NCBI RefSeq assembly: GCF_000143415.4
Contig: NW_003314353.1
Span: forward strand, 214,140 to 278,139
From: Selaginella moellendorffii
Lineage: Eukaryota > Plantae > Lycopodiophyta
Length of the DNA stretch: 64,000 nt
Direction: 5' to 3'
Shown here: piece after piece, positions 10,406 to 22,210 of the stretch
Layout of the letters: each line of letters begins with the position of its first letter
How positions within the stretch are numbered: position 1 is the first letter of the stretch
Notes under the pieces: generated by a model
Database searches by the model: none
Seen by the model: the letters and a program-made list of their open reading frames with translations, nothing else
Told to the model about the DNA's origin: nothing
Made by a program: the position numbers and the translations under genes

Positions 10406-11910
10406 GATGGCATGTATTTATTTAAAAATGTAACTTATTATGGCATGGGGTTCCATGCCATTGTATTAATATTAAAAGACAATTCTTTGAGAGGATTTGC
10501 ATTATACTAGAAGTGTTACAGCATGTTATTGGAAGTCTACGAAGTTGTTTTATTAATAAGGGGAAAGTAAAGATTGAATGGGGACTTGGGCTCCACCTAG
10601 ACTCGGAGCAACTGAGCCAATATTAAAAGGATGGAAAGAAATTGGACGACAATGACAAGGAGAAGAGAGAGGTGAAGCAGTGAGAAGTGATTGAGTAGAC
10701 ATTTCCTTGTTTAAAATAAAATGGCATGTGCCTCAATGCAGTTGAATTTTGTTATATTTATATACTATATAAAGGTTTGGAAACCTTATTTTACAAGTGG
10801 GATAATGACAATTCCCACTTTAACGAAATAGAGCTTAAAGCCTCAAGGTATCACACCTTGGCACATTTGGTGTCTCCACACCATCGGCTCCACAAGCCTA
10901 CCTCTATGACACTTCCCCTTCGTGTTTATGTTTTTGCCAAGACCAACACCGCTCTTTCTCATGCCAACCATCCGTTAGCACTGCACCATAGAGGTCACAC
11001 ACAACTTTGTGTCAAAGTTGTTTTCTTCTGAGAACACCTTTCCCATAACTTTAGCATGGCACATTTTGCCATCGATGAGATACCCTCTGTTCTCATCCTT
11101 GGATCCTATGATCCCCCCCCCATCCTTTGTGGGGTACAACACACCTCAGTCCAAATGCTTCCATCAGTCCTTTTAGGACCATCCCTTGACTCTACTTGAG
11201 TCATCAGCAGTTTTGGACTTGGTTAATCCACAGACCCTTAAGGTCCTACTTGTGAGGCACTAGCTCACTGGAATACACTTCTTGCATTCCTGTCCTACTC
11301 AAAAGGACTATTTTCACAAGTGTTACTCCGACACTTGATTTTGTTCTCTGGGGGCAACTTTTGCCCCTTAGGACTACTTGTCCATGCGATGAGAATACCA
11401 CTCATCTCTAAGTACAACCCCCAACTCCTTGGGTTGTTCCAGCATTTATTAAAGGTAGCCTCGGCTACCATTTCAAGGACTTGAGTCCTCTTCCGTATTT
11501 GACCTCCCACGGTCATTACCTCTGGTCTCACATTCATGAGCACCAACCTCAACTATATGAGGATAATCTTGTGACTCCTTTATTGTTTTGGAGTCTCTAT
11601 CTTTCCTGTGATCCCAACTTTAGTTGTTTACCACAACAACCTTAGCCAATTTGCTGAGACAAATGCTCATCCGGATCACATCCTCAACTCAATGAGAAAA
11701 ACCTTGCACTGTTCCCAAGATCCCAAAGTCGTTCCATTATTGGCCCTTTTCTATCCACCACCTCGTCTACAAGTTCACACATGAACTGTAATGGAGAGCC
11801 ATGTCTTCCCGACTTGCTACTCCTCAAGGATAGGCCCACTCCTCGGACCTTCCGATGCCAACACTAGTGGTGATATACTTGAGCACCAATAAAAGTCGGA
11901 CTAAGGAATA

Positions 11911-11922
11911 GCTCCGATACCA
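11911..11922 (-). promoter_or_regulatory. Primer-binding site complementary to initiator tRNA-Met
   Basis: TGGTATCGGAGC 3 nt inside the LTR; identical at 32627-32638 and 35327-35338. Confidence 0.85.
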
Positions 11923-11925
11923 AAT

Positions 11926-12996
11926 TGTAAGCGACTAAATTTTCCATTCTACTTTAGTCACTTAACCACACCTCTGACCACTTGGAGGAGTCTCATTCAC
12001 AACCTCCATAAGTCCAATCCAGGACTTGGGACTTGCTAGCCCCGAGAATGGCATCCATGCCACTCAACATTTGCACTTGGTCCAAGTGCTCCACGTGTCC
12101 GATCCCATGACCGACACTCAAAGGTACCACCAACATAGCAGCCCGTTACGCTAAGGCCATGCCCAATCACCTTTGCCACACTGGTAGTCCAATACCACTT
12201 GCATCACCGTCTTGGCTCTCCAAGACTAGGCAAACCATCCGTGAGTGGTCATCTTAGATCCACTCCTTAGCATCCTTAGGATGCCCACCGACAAGGGGAA
12301 TAGCCTTCCCCAATATCCCTCTGTCAGTCCCCACTAAGTCCCTTTCTACCCCTGGCCGTGTTTGCCAACACTGCCACTGGATCAAGACCCATAGGCCCGA
12401 CCACTAAGTCCCACGGTCCTCTGGGACTTCCTCACCATACGACTGTGTCCTTGGTCACTACCCTAGAGGACTGCTCCTCTTCCTTTCCACAGTCTGGGCC
12501 TTTGGGACAACATTTCGGAACACCGTGGCCTTACGCGAGCCACCTGGGTACTCTCCTCGCCTTCTGCCCTTGGGTGCTCTAGCCATGGGCTTAGAGCGGG
12601 TTCCGTTGAGCCACACCAGGTATCCAAGTAGGTAGTGCCACCCACACTTGGACTGGGAGCATCGGCCAGTCGATCTCCCGGGGGAACTAGAGCCGACTCT
12701 TGAACACTTCACCAAGCTACCCCGCTTGTCGGTCTGTGTTCACTCTAGTCTTGGACTTCTCAGTGGGCAGCTCATCACCCAACACTGGGTCCGGCCTTCC
12801 TGGGCCAAACTGGCCTTTCCTGGCCAAACTGGCTCCACTGTAGTCCTCCCCCTACTATACTTTTGGAGCTCACCAAACCCCCCAGGGTCTGGGAGACGAA
12901 CGCTTTGGGCTTTCACCCTCTCAGACTCGAACTCGGACTCGGACTCGGACTCGGACTCGGACTCGGCCTCGGCCTCGGTCTCGGTCTCGGTCCCGA

Positions 12997-13028
<32 letters not shown>

Positions 13029-13631
13029 CCGGTCTCGGTCTCGACTTCGGACTCCATCTCGGGTCCATCTCGGACTCCATCTCGGACTCCATCTCGGGTC
13101 CATCTCGGACTCCATCTCGGACTCCATCTCGGGTCCATCTCGGACTCCATCTCAGACTCCATTTCGGGTCCATCTCGGGTCCACCTCGGACTCCATCTCG
13201 GACTCCAACTCGGGTCCATTTCGGACTCCACTTCGGACTCCACTCGGGTCCATTTCGGACTCCACTTCGGACTCCAACTCGGGTCCATCTCGGACTCCAC
13301 TTCGGACTCCAACTCGGGTCCATCTCGGACTCCACTTCGGACTCCAACTCGGGTCCATCTCGGACTCCACTTCGGACTCCAACTCGAGTCCATCTCGGAC
13401 ACTCCCACGTGTCATGTGTTGGTCCTTTTGGGTCCCTTTTTGGAGCCTCGCTTTTTGCTCGCTTCGTGCTCGTTCCTCGAGCACTTCATTGGGAGTTCCA
13501 CTCTCGCTCTTGACTTTTCAAGTCGGAGCTTTTGGTCCAAACGTGTTACGCTCGTTTGGCTCTCGCTTCGGCCACTACCACGTGGCACCCTTCCGGCTCC
13601 ACTTTGGGGCCTAGGGATTTTGTGTCTCACA
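11926..13631 (-). repeat. LTR family B, copy 1
   Basis: TGTAAG…CTCACA; homologous to 22211-23799 and 35342-35995. Confidence 0.9.
12922..13400 (+). repeat. CTCGGN hexamer and CTCGGACTCCAT 12-mer array inside LTR-B
   Basis: Directly visible; shorter variants at 23210-23570 and 27080-27330. Confidence 0.9.
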
Positions 13632-14984
13632 CTGCATTTGTTAACCATTGCATTTTATTCTTATGCACTTTGTAGATTCCTATAAAGTATAGGAGATCTG
13701 GTTGTTAAGACAAGAATTCCTATAAAAGCAGGTATTTGAGCAATTGCTTCACAATTGTCTCAAATGTCTCAGAGACATTGTTGTCCGAGACCACAAGTGA
13801 GAAGTCTTCATTGTTCATCTATGCGAGTGCTTCCCTGTGGGTTAATGCATTGCAAAAGAAGGTGGGTGTGTTGGCTGCTTTATCAACCCCACTAATATAT
13901 AAGTGTTTATGCACCCATTCCAATTGCCATTGTGCCTCAAGGGTGGTCATCACATCCATAGATGGGTTGTTTGGCAACTCTGTAGTGCCACTCAAACCCG
14001 ATAATTTATATGCTGTTTAATAGCAATTTCAATGCTAGGCCAGTTTTGAATGTACACCTCCAAGATTATACTAGCAATGCGGTCCCAAGCATCACAGATT
14101 TCAGCAATAATCTTTGCCATTTTGAGAAGTTTTAGGGTGATGTGATTAAGACCCTTTTCAATGATAGTTGTGAGTGCTTGTGAGCCAAGGATTTTTGGAT
14201 CCAGTGTTCATACGTGGCTAGTCTCATCAAGGTAGCTTACCTATGACCATCATTTGCATTTGCATATTTGAGGCTCAAGGGTGTCCCAATTGCAGAAAAC
14301 CTCTTTTGGTTTATAAAAGTCATGCTTTATCTAGAGTTCGTACCTCTAGCCAAACATGATGGGCTCAAGGAGATTGGAGTCCAGACCAATCAATTCCATA
14401 CACTCCTTCATAAGAGTTCAAATGTTGATCCTCTTGAATCTGGCACTTATATATCGGAGCTAGACAAACTTTCGTTCACTCTCCATTCCTTCTTTGACCA
14501 GCTATTTTCTCCTAGCCAAATGATGGATATAGTGTAAAGTACATTGTGTAAGCAATCACAAGAACATTTTCATTAGATACCAAAGATAGAAGAAGAAAAC
14601 ATAAATTATTTATCGTTGCTTTTTTTAATTTGACATAGCTTTTGTTTATTCAAGCTTACATTGGCTTTGGATGTTTTCGAGATTGATGATGGTGTGTGAG
14701 CCAAAGAGCAAGAGTGAGAGGAAAGATGAGCAAAGCAATGATATGAGAGAGAGGTGAGAATTCTTGCAAGAAATCCACCACTGTTTTATGATCTAGAGAG
14801 TCCAAGAGTGAAGAGTGCAAATCCTCTGCCAAGCAATCCTATCAGCGAGCAGAAGAATGATTAAGAACAAAAAGACGAGTGGCAGGAGTTCCAGTTGTCA
14901 TCACTATGGCAACAACTTGTAGATCAGCAACAGCAGCAGCCACCAATCTAACAAGTACAACAACCTTGGCAGCAACAAGCAGGG

Positions 14985-15160
14985 AATATGGCAACAATGA
15001 ATATGAAGTATACCATCTTTAATGGCATGGGAGATCTAAACACCCACATGACTATGTTTGAGAATACATCTATAACAAATGATAAAGCAGATTCAATAGA
15101 TCGCAAGAAACTTTTTCTAGCTACATTATAGTGCATAGTTGGAGAGTGGATGGCTTAAGT
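14985..15160 (+). pseudogene. Possible degenerate retrotransposon gag fragment
   Basis: Reads KYTIFNGMGDLNTHMTMFE…RKKLFLATL*CIVGEW, resembling the gag F.G..D…H…FE pattern; weak. Confidence 0.3.
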
Positions 15161-16842
15161 AAAAAGATTGAAAGTGTGACGTTCACCATTATTTGCCCTA
15201 GGCCTGACATAGCTTCCATATCAATTGTTCCTCCTTATCATTTCTTGTACATAATTTTTATTTAAGAATTTTTTATTTTTTGAAGTAATTTAAAGTATCA
15301 AATATATTTCTTCTAGCATATTAAAATTTTATTCAAAAAATATATTAACAAACTATTATGCACTTTTTTACTTAATATGTTTTATTTGGTAAAGTAATTT
15401 AAAATATTCAAATAAATTTTTTCTAGCACATTAAAACGCTTGTCTAAAGATATATACTAAAAAATTATTATGCATAATTTTACTTAATATTTTTTATTTT
15501 ATAAAGTAATTCAAAGTATAAAATTCATTTTTTCTAGCACATTAAATTTTTTATCTTATAATATATATTAAAAACCTATAAGCCCCTTAGGTAAACCACA
15601 TTTATAAAATTGGGAAACGAGCAATATTAAGTCATCCATTTTGTACTCTTCAAGTGGAGGATGATGAGAGTTATAACACCATTTTTATCCCATTTATATG
15701 TGGCCTAAATGTTTAGTAGATTCCATTTAAACTAGTGGAAGAATACTCATCAAATATTGATCTTAAGAGTTTGCATTGGTAGTTCATGGCAATCACAAAG
15801 GTAAACTTAACTATATTAACAATATTAAATTATGATCATATAAGAGTTTTTATGGTAAAGCACTAATGGAACTATGCACCCTTATGATATACATATATAA
15901 GAGAAATAGCAACCCAACCTAAATATTGAAAGATTTTATACTTCTTGAACATCATTTTGAAGGCCCTTTTAGATAAAACACTACTAACTCAAACAAATGG
16001 GAAACTATAATTGAGTCCAATTGTTTTTTCACAACACAAAGGGGGTATTACGAGTTTAGCATTAAATGCAGCTATGTATATATTGTATGATATCACGTCA
16101 CATCTCTAGCTAAAAACTTTTGTAGCTTCTTCATCACACAATGATATCCTATATATTTGCCTATAATAATGGAGTCATAGTAATAATGGAGAAAATATAA
16201 AATAAAGATTGAAGGCAATGCCAACCACAATAAACCAGTCATTTTTTCTTGATTTAATGGTGTTGGCACTGGAAAAATTCTAAAGGTGAGGATGGGTGTG
16301 CTTGGCTGCAAAATTTCTAATGTCATGCTAGAATTCTAGAGAAGCTCTCAAATTTTCTTTCTTCTTGGATAAGAAACAATAGTTTTCTCAAGTTGTAAAT
16401 TCTTTTGGGCTATAGAGATTATGGGCTTGTAAATCTTATCAAGCTCTCTATCCTAGCATCAAGAATTGCTTGATTTAACTTCCAAAGTGTGACATATAAG
16501 ATGTTTTATCTCATGGTGTGAATAGTAGTTATTTTGGAAGATTAGATTTTTCTTGTTCTTCTAATGGAAAAATTTTCTAACATACCAAAGCACTAGTGTG
16601 TGCTGTGAGAGCTCTTTTCCTGGTGAGTCATCTCCAAAGCAAAAACACACTTCTATGCTCTAAGATGCATTCTAGTGTGGAAGCACTGAGGTGAAGGATT
16701 CACCAGGGCACAGTGAAAAGGAAGAGATGGGTTGGCTGGATGGACGGTGGTGGCAGCAGCAGGTTGAAAGGATTCAACCTGCTGTAGGGCCATGGAGAAC
16801 AGGGCTCATCTCCTTTGACCCAGCTCTTATCTTTGGATCCTC

Positions 16843-18060
16843 GTGCCAAACTATGTTAGACTTTCTAGATTTCGAATTCCCGCTACTTTCAAAACTAGAG
16901 TGTTTATGCTATTCCGGCATGTGAATGGCCGGAAGAGATCGCTAGGCCTAGGTTTCTGCTGCATTGCCGGTGTCGTGCGCTCCTCCAGCGCCAGCAACCT
17001 AGAAGCGCTTCTGGAGGCTGCGGAATCATCGCCAGATCGCGAGAGGATCAGCCATCTCCTGAAGCTGTGTGGGCATTTCAAGGCGCTGCCGCAGGCCCAG
17101 AGGCTCCATCGACTGATCTCTTCAAGCGATGGCGATGGCAGGCTTGACGATGGAGATTACTTCTTCGCGGGTAAGCTCCTTGACACTTACTTGAAATGTG
17201 GTGCGGTGGAAGACGCCAGGGACGTTTTTCTCGTCTTTCTTCGTGAGGAGTGATAGCTTGGCCTAGAATGATCGCCAGATTCATCGAGCAGGGTGATGAA
17301 GAATCAGCCATGATATTCTACATCCAGATGCAAAGAGATGGAGTCAAGCCCGACCACTTCACGCTCGTCACGATCTTAAATCTCTGCCAGGCTCCAGAAG
17401 ATTTGGAGCTGGGGATTGGGATCCACAGGAGGATCGCGAGAATGTTGTGGTCGGGAATGCACTGGTTGGGATGTACTCGAGGTGTGGAAGTCCAGAGCTC
17501 GCCAAGAGAGTGTTTGATAGGCTGGTTTACCGCGACTTAGCGACTTGGAACGGTATTCTCTCGGCCTTCTCTCAAGAACAGGATGGTTCCAGTGACACTT
17601 TCCAGATCTTCCGGACAATGCTGCAGGAAGGGACGGCTCCAAATCGGCAGAGTTTCGTCACCATTTTGGAAGCTTGCTCGAGCTCGAGAGATTTGTCAAG
17701 GGGACGGGAGATCCGTGTGGGTTTACAGGGCTGTGGACTCGACTCGAACAGCTTCGTAGCTACAGCACTGATTAACTTTTATAGCCGGTGCGGGGATTTG
17801 GACGAAGCACGGAGAGTTTTCTCGGGAGTTTGCAAGCAAGACGTGGTTTTGTGGACGAGCATGGCATCAGAAAACTACAACACGACCAAGGTGGCCTCTA
17901 CAGAAGAATGCAGCTAGAGGGATTCCAGCCAAACGAAGTTACTACTCAAGGCTCTTGCTAGCGAAGAGTTCTCTTGGGATTTGGACTGGGTTTACGAGCT
18001 CGTGATGGAGGCTGGATTTATTTCGCAGGGGGGTTGTCTGCACCTCTCTCGTCAATTCTT
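16843..18060 (+). pseudogene. PLS-type pentatricopeptide repeat (PPR) pseudogene
   Basis: PPR motifs (LLDTYLKCGAVEDARDVF; GVKPDHFTLVTIL; VGNALVGMYSRCGSPELAKRVF; VATALINFYSRCGDLDEARRVF) split over 3-4 frames by frameshifts. Confidence 0.85.
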
Positions 18061-18085
18061 TTGGGAGATCCGGAAAACTAGCCGG

Positions 18086-18283
18086 GGAAGAAATTACTAG
18101 CAAAGACCGCCAGCCAGGTGACCTCCACTGACACTGTTTTATTGTCGCTAGTGCACACCACTCACACTATCTTGATTAAAAGACAATCCTCGGAAAGAGA
18201 ATCAAGGTGTGAGTGGTGTGCACTAGCGACAATAAGACGGTGTCAGTGAGTCATTTGTGGTGTCTTTGCTAATAAATTCTTCC
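18086..18283. repeat. ~200-bp foldback (MITE-like or hairpin-RNA-like)
   Basis: Near-perfect arms 18126-18177 and 18200-18248, plus outer arms GGAAGAAATTACTAGCAAAGAC and GTCTTTGCTAATAAATTCTTCC. Confidence 0.85.
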
Positions 18284-18417
18284 TCTCTTCTATTAGCACA
18301 TTGTGACCAATTTATTTGTAACATTAAAAGTTGTAAATGATAATTAAATTACATTTCTTTAGATCTTTTTCAGACTAAAGAAAAGGCTACCTAAGAATTA
18401 TTACTAGGAGAATCACT

Positions 18418-18925
18418 ATGAGAGGCCAACTTCATGGTCTTCAATCTTCCACCTCTGGGATCCTCGCCCGAGTTCCTGACCAGCTTCGCCAGCCCATGGG
18501 CTGCCTCATCAACTACAACCAGATCACAGTTCTTCATAACAAGCTTCTCAGGGTCACCATAGACGTGCTGCAAGCCAGCTTTGGGGACTCCGTCCGGAGG
18601 CTTATCTACGTTGCCATGAATGGTAACCGGTATGCTATATGATCCTCTCCTCTAATTATGAATCGTTCTTGCTTTGCATCCAAGGTTTCAGAACGGACCA
18701 GAAGCTTGCTGCGGGACTGGAAAGCCATACAACTATGATCCGCGAGTTCCCTGTGGAACGCACGGAGTGGTCAGTGGCAGGAACTTCACCGCTCGGGCCT
18801 GTTCTAATCCAAAGCACTACATGAGATGGGGCGGCATCCATACCACCGAGGCTTTCACCAAGGCCGCAATCCACTCGGTTCTTTCATCGAGCCTCAAATG
18901 CAGCTTGGGTGCCGCTTCAACTTGA
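18418..18925 (+). pseudogene. GDSL esterase/lipase 3' fragment
   Basis: GCLINYNQITVLHNKLL…; GFQNGPEACCGTGKPYNY…ACSNPKHYMRWGGIHTTEA (block V WDGIH altered to WGGIH); no 5' GDSL motif seen. Confidence 0.75.
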
Positions 18926-19077
18926 AGTGTTTTTGTAGAGTTTGCGCTGTTTGTGAATAAAGATAATTTCCATGACAAAAACTTGTAGCTTTTACAAACA
19001 AATCCACACTGCATACTCTAATCAAATCCACACTTCACACACTAATCTAATGTTTCTTCTTCACCATCTTTCAATAG

Positions 19078-19295
19078 GGATATGTTGCGGCCTTGCTTCT
19101 CTTCTCTCTGTGTAATCCTTTCTGTTGAGATATATGTTGTGGCCTTGCTTCTCTAGTCTCTATGTAGTCCTTTCAGTAGACATACATGTTGAGGCCTTGC
19201 TTCTCGCTTTTCTGTGTAGTCCTTTTGGTAGAGATGTCTGAGCACTAATCCATTGCAAATTCCTTGCTTCTCGTTTTTGTGTGTAGTCCTTTCCT
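19078..19295 (+). repeat. Degenerate ~50-bp tandem repeat
   Basis: ATATGTTGNGGCCTTGCTTCTC…TGTGTAGTCCTTT, 3-4 copies. Confidence 0.65.
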
Positions 19296-19373
19296 TGGAG
19301 ATCTCCTTTCTTAGAGGTGTGTTGTTGTGTAGTTCATTCTAGAGAGAGTCTTCTTCATAACCTTGTTGCACTC

Positions 19374-20830
19374 TCAATAATGATCGGAAGCCGCAGCAGC
19401 ATTGTAGATGAATACTTCGTCCCTGTTCCTCTCGCGGCAGCGGAGGCAAGACCGCACAACCAGGAGCAGCAGGACAAGAATAACCAACACGAGCCCCACG
19501 AGAGGAATCCACACGACCGCTGCCACTCCTGCAACCGCTGGAACCGAGTTCCCCCCATGAGGAGGAGGAAGAGCAGGGGTGATGGAGCCACTGCTGTGGC
19601 TGCCGGTAGCTGGGACGTAACCAGGCTGCCACTCTATGGTTGGATCCCAATCCCAATCCCACGTCCACGGATTCCCTCCGCTGCTAGTTCCATCACCATT
19701 CGCGGGATGCTCGCTGGTTTGATGAGCAGGAGGTGTCTCCGAACCAGCACTCAACGGTGTAGGAGGTGGTTTGCTCCTGAAAAACCAAAAACTTTTAGCA
19801 GGTGGCAAACAATGAAAAAACCCATAGTACCTGAAAGGTGGCGAGTGAGCTGAAGGCGTCCTCCCGCAATGTGGAGGAGCGGTGCCATGAGTTGCAGGGC
19901 GGCTGTGTGGGGGAGATTGAGGTGGCGGCCCCTTCTCCCTATGGCGACCATGATCCCTTGCTGGAGGAGGAGGCGGCGCTGCTGGATGATCCCTTGCTGG
20001 AGGAGGAGGAGCCCCGTGCTCTCGACTGTGAGATGGTGGAGGATGAGGCGCCACTGCCCGAGGAGGAGCGTTGCTTGGTGAAGCTTGCCTCGGTGGAGAA
20101 TGACCATGTTTCGTTGGACAAGAGGGCGGTGGTGGTGTATTAGCACGGGGAGCATGACGCCGTGGTTTGCTCCTGGAACATCCAACGTTAACAGGAGCCA
20201 TAGAGCAATGGAGCCATAGAGCAATGAAAGCCATACCGTGATCGCCTCCGGTGATGAGGTCCAGAGCCACGATGTGGAGGAACATGTCCCTGCTCCCGAG
20301 GAGGAGCTGCTGGGCCGTGATGAGCTTGTGGCGGCATCCCCTTGTGGCGTCCTGGAGCATTGTTGCTGCTTGCTGGAGGAGGAGGAGCCTTGCTCTCAGA
20401 TGGTGGTGCTAGCCGACGATGAGACACTGGCCGAGGAGGAGGAGGAGCCTTGCTCTCAGATGGTGGTGCTAGCGGACGATGAGACACTGGCCGAGGAGGA
20501 GGAGGAGTCTTGCTCTCAGATGGTGGTGCTAGCCGACGATGAGACACTGCCCGCGGAGGATGAGGAGCCGCTTGTGCCCGAGGAGGATGAGGAGCCGCTC
20601 GAGAAGATCGTGGCGAGCTCGGTGGTGCTAGTGCAGATCCTGCTACTCGTGGTGACCGAGGCGAAACTGCTCGTGGAGGAGTTGCTTGCCCTGCTTGCCG
20701 AGGAGGAGGTGGCACCGCACCAGGACCTGCTCGTCGTAGCGCTCGTGGTGACAGTGGCAGCGTCTTTGCAGCTCCAGCAGGTCTCCAAGGAGGAAGAACT
20801 CTTGCCATCGTTGATCACACGAAAAAACAA
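19374..20830 (-). CDS. Proline-rich extensin/arabinogalactan-like protein with C-terminal transmembrane helix (exon structure uncertain)
   Basis: ORFs 20188..20808 and 19374..20360 are Pro/Ala/His-rich with 60-bp repeats (APPSESKAPPPPRPVSHRRL) and a hydrophobic VAAVVWIPLVGLVLVILVLLLLVV segment followed by a basic tail. Confidence 0.55.
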
Positions 20831-22210
20831 ACGCGAACTTACTTGCTCTCGCTTACTCGCAGGAATAGGGCTTACTTTACTCGCACGACAAGAAGAACCT
20901 TAAACATGGTATCTTTTAAGAATCTATTTTAATATTCCATCATTCCACACTTCCAGTGCTTTGAACATTCCTTACTCCATATCCAAAGAATTCTGCCCAT
21001 CAGTGCCAGGAAAGTGATTCACTGGGCACGACTTCTTGACAATCCTATGGAGATCCAGTCCTATGCTTGGTTCTATCAAAGAACTATAGCTTTTCTACCA
21101 AAACTCTATCACTGCCAGTCTCATGCCTCAAGATGAGAAGCATGGTGTAGTGAGAGAAGTTCTTCTGCATGTCTCAAAATGATTGCATTATCCAGATATG
21201 GTGATAGGACTTCTTGTTCATTCTTTCAATTCCGCAGGAGTTGAGACAAAACTGCTACTGTGAAAACCACTTGTGGGTGAGATGTGGAGATTGTGTAGCC
21301 AGAGAGGATCCAGCTTCCACCTAGTGAGGTTGTAAACTTGGCAACACACCGGAGGAGGAAGAGAATGGCCAGAAGCAGGGAGGAGGAGAAGGAAGGGTTT
21401 TGTTGAAGGCCCTTTGTGGATAATAGCTGTTGCATTATAACATCAACACAATTAATTCTTGGATGATTGATTGTCATGTCACTCCATGCTCATGTCCCTT
21501 CGCTCCTTGGGTTGTATGCTCAAGAGTTGCTTCGTGATTTAGTTTTGCTGTTCCTTAGCTCTATGTTTAGGAGTTTGCCTCCGTACCTTTATTCAATGGC
21601 TCAAGGCCTTGAAACTCAAGTTCTACACCATTGTCCTTGGACATGTGGCATGTGGCATGTGGCATGTGTCATGTGGCATAAAGAAGGTTTAAGTTCCCTT
21701 TTGTGGTGTTATACTATGGTAAATCACTATAGGATAAAGGGTCAAAACCATGTGCATTATAAGCACCATTGTTATGCCACTTATATGTGGCCTAAGTGTT
21801 CAGTAAATTTCATTTGAACTAATGGAGCAATGCTCATTAGATATTAATCTTACAACCTAGTATCGGTAAGTTATGACAATCACAAAGATAAACTCACTTC
21901 TATTAGCAGTATTAAATTGTGACCATATAAAAGTTTATAAAGTGAAGTACTAGTGAAATTATGCACCCTTATGATATACATATATAAAAAAAATAACATA
22001 TAACCATCCTAATATGAATATTGAAAGTTTTTATACTTTACGATCATCCTCTTGAAGGTTTGAACAAATTGTTCCATCAAATCATCTATCTGTGAATAAT
22101 AAACACTCATGAAAGTATGCATATCCTCAATTGAGACATTAAGGTATGAAATTTCTCAACCATAAAAGCAAAATAAGAATTTGTTTTGAACAAGAATGTT
22201 AAAACACAAC

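Larger units (their letters stand above)
18..10461. repeat. Dispersed 22-bp palindrome ATGGCRTGNGGCCNCAYGCCAT (~20 copies)
   Basis: Copies start at 18, 75, 1921, 1991, 2089, 3676, 3914, 4828, 4905, 4965, 6242, 7714, 7855, 8046, 9288, 9363 and 10440. Degenerate copies lie near 2705, 2745, 2815, 3757, 4049 and 10721. Confidence 0.9.
1..10837. mobile_element. Large DNA-transposon-like element, copy 1 (left part runs off the window): transposase-like gene plus divergent cargo gene plus dispersed palindromes
   Basis: Right end is defined by the exact limit of homology with the inverted copy (…AACGAAATAGAGCTTA at 10837 versus TAAGCTCTATTTCGTT from 35995); the flanks differ. Contains a DDD-transposase-like ORF and an element-specific palindrome. 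Confidence 0.75.
10838..13631 (-). mobile_element. Truncated non-autonomous LTR element (family B): 5' LTR, PBS and part of the non-coding interior
   Basis: LTR TG…CA at 11926-13631; PBS TGGTATCGGAGC on the minus strand at 11911-11922; interior 10840-11910 is homologous to 34255-35326. Confidence 0.85.

Noticed and set aside
18-10461. Palindromes as a CRISPR-like array
   Set aside because: Irregular spacing (tens of bp to more than 1 kb), degenerate copies, no cas genes, eukaryotic context
10795-10837. Helitron classification based on the sub-terminal hairpin
   Set aside because: No clear CTRR end or A/T insertion site, and no Rep/helicase motifs in the visible sequence
12648-13685. Long ORFs (345, 222 and 216 aa) with SD/GL/RD repeats; similar ORFs at 22935-23708
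   Set aside because: Artefacts of the stop-free CTCGG satellite inside LTRs; open in several frames on both strands
13640-14540. Possible decayed coding sequence on the minus strand
   Set aside because: No recognisable motif; many stop codons
20238-20903. Acidic plus-strand ORFs (also 19838-20143)
   Set aside because: Antisense shadow of the proline-rich gene
21644-21680. TGGCATG repeats resembling the element palindrome half-site
   Set aside because: Direct heptamer repeat in an unrelated repeat family; no inverted arm
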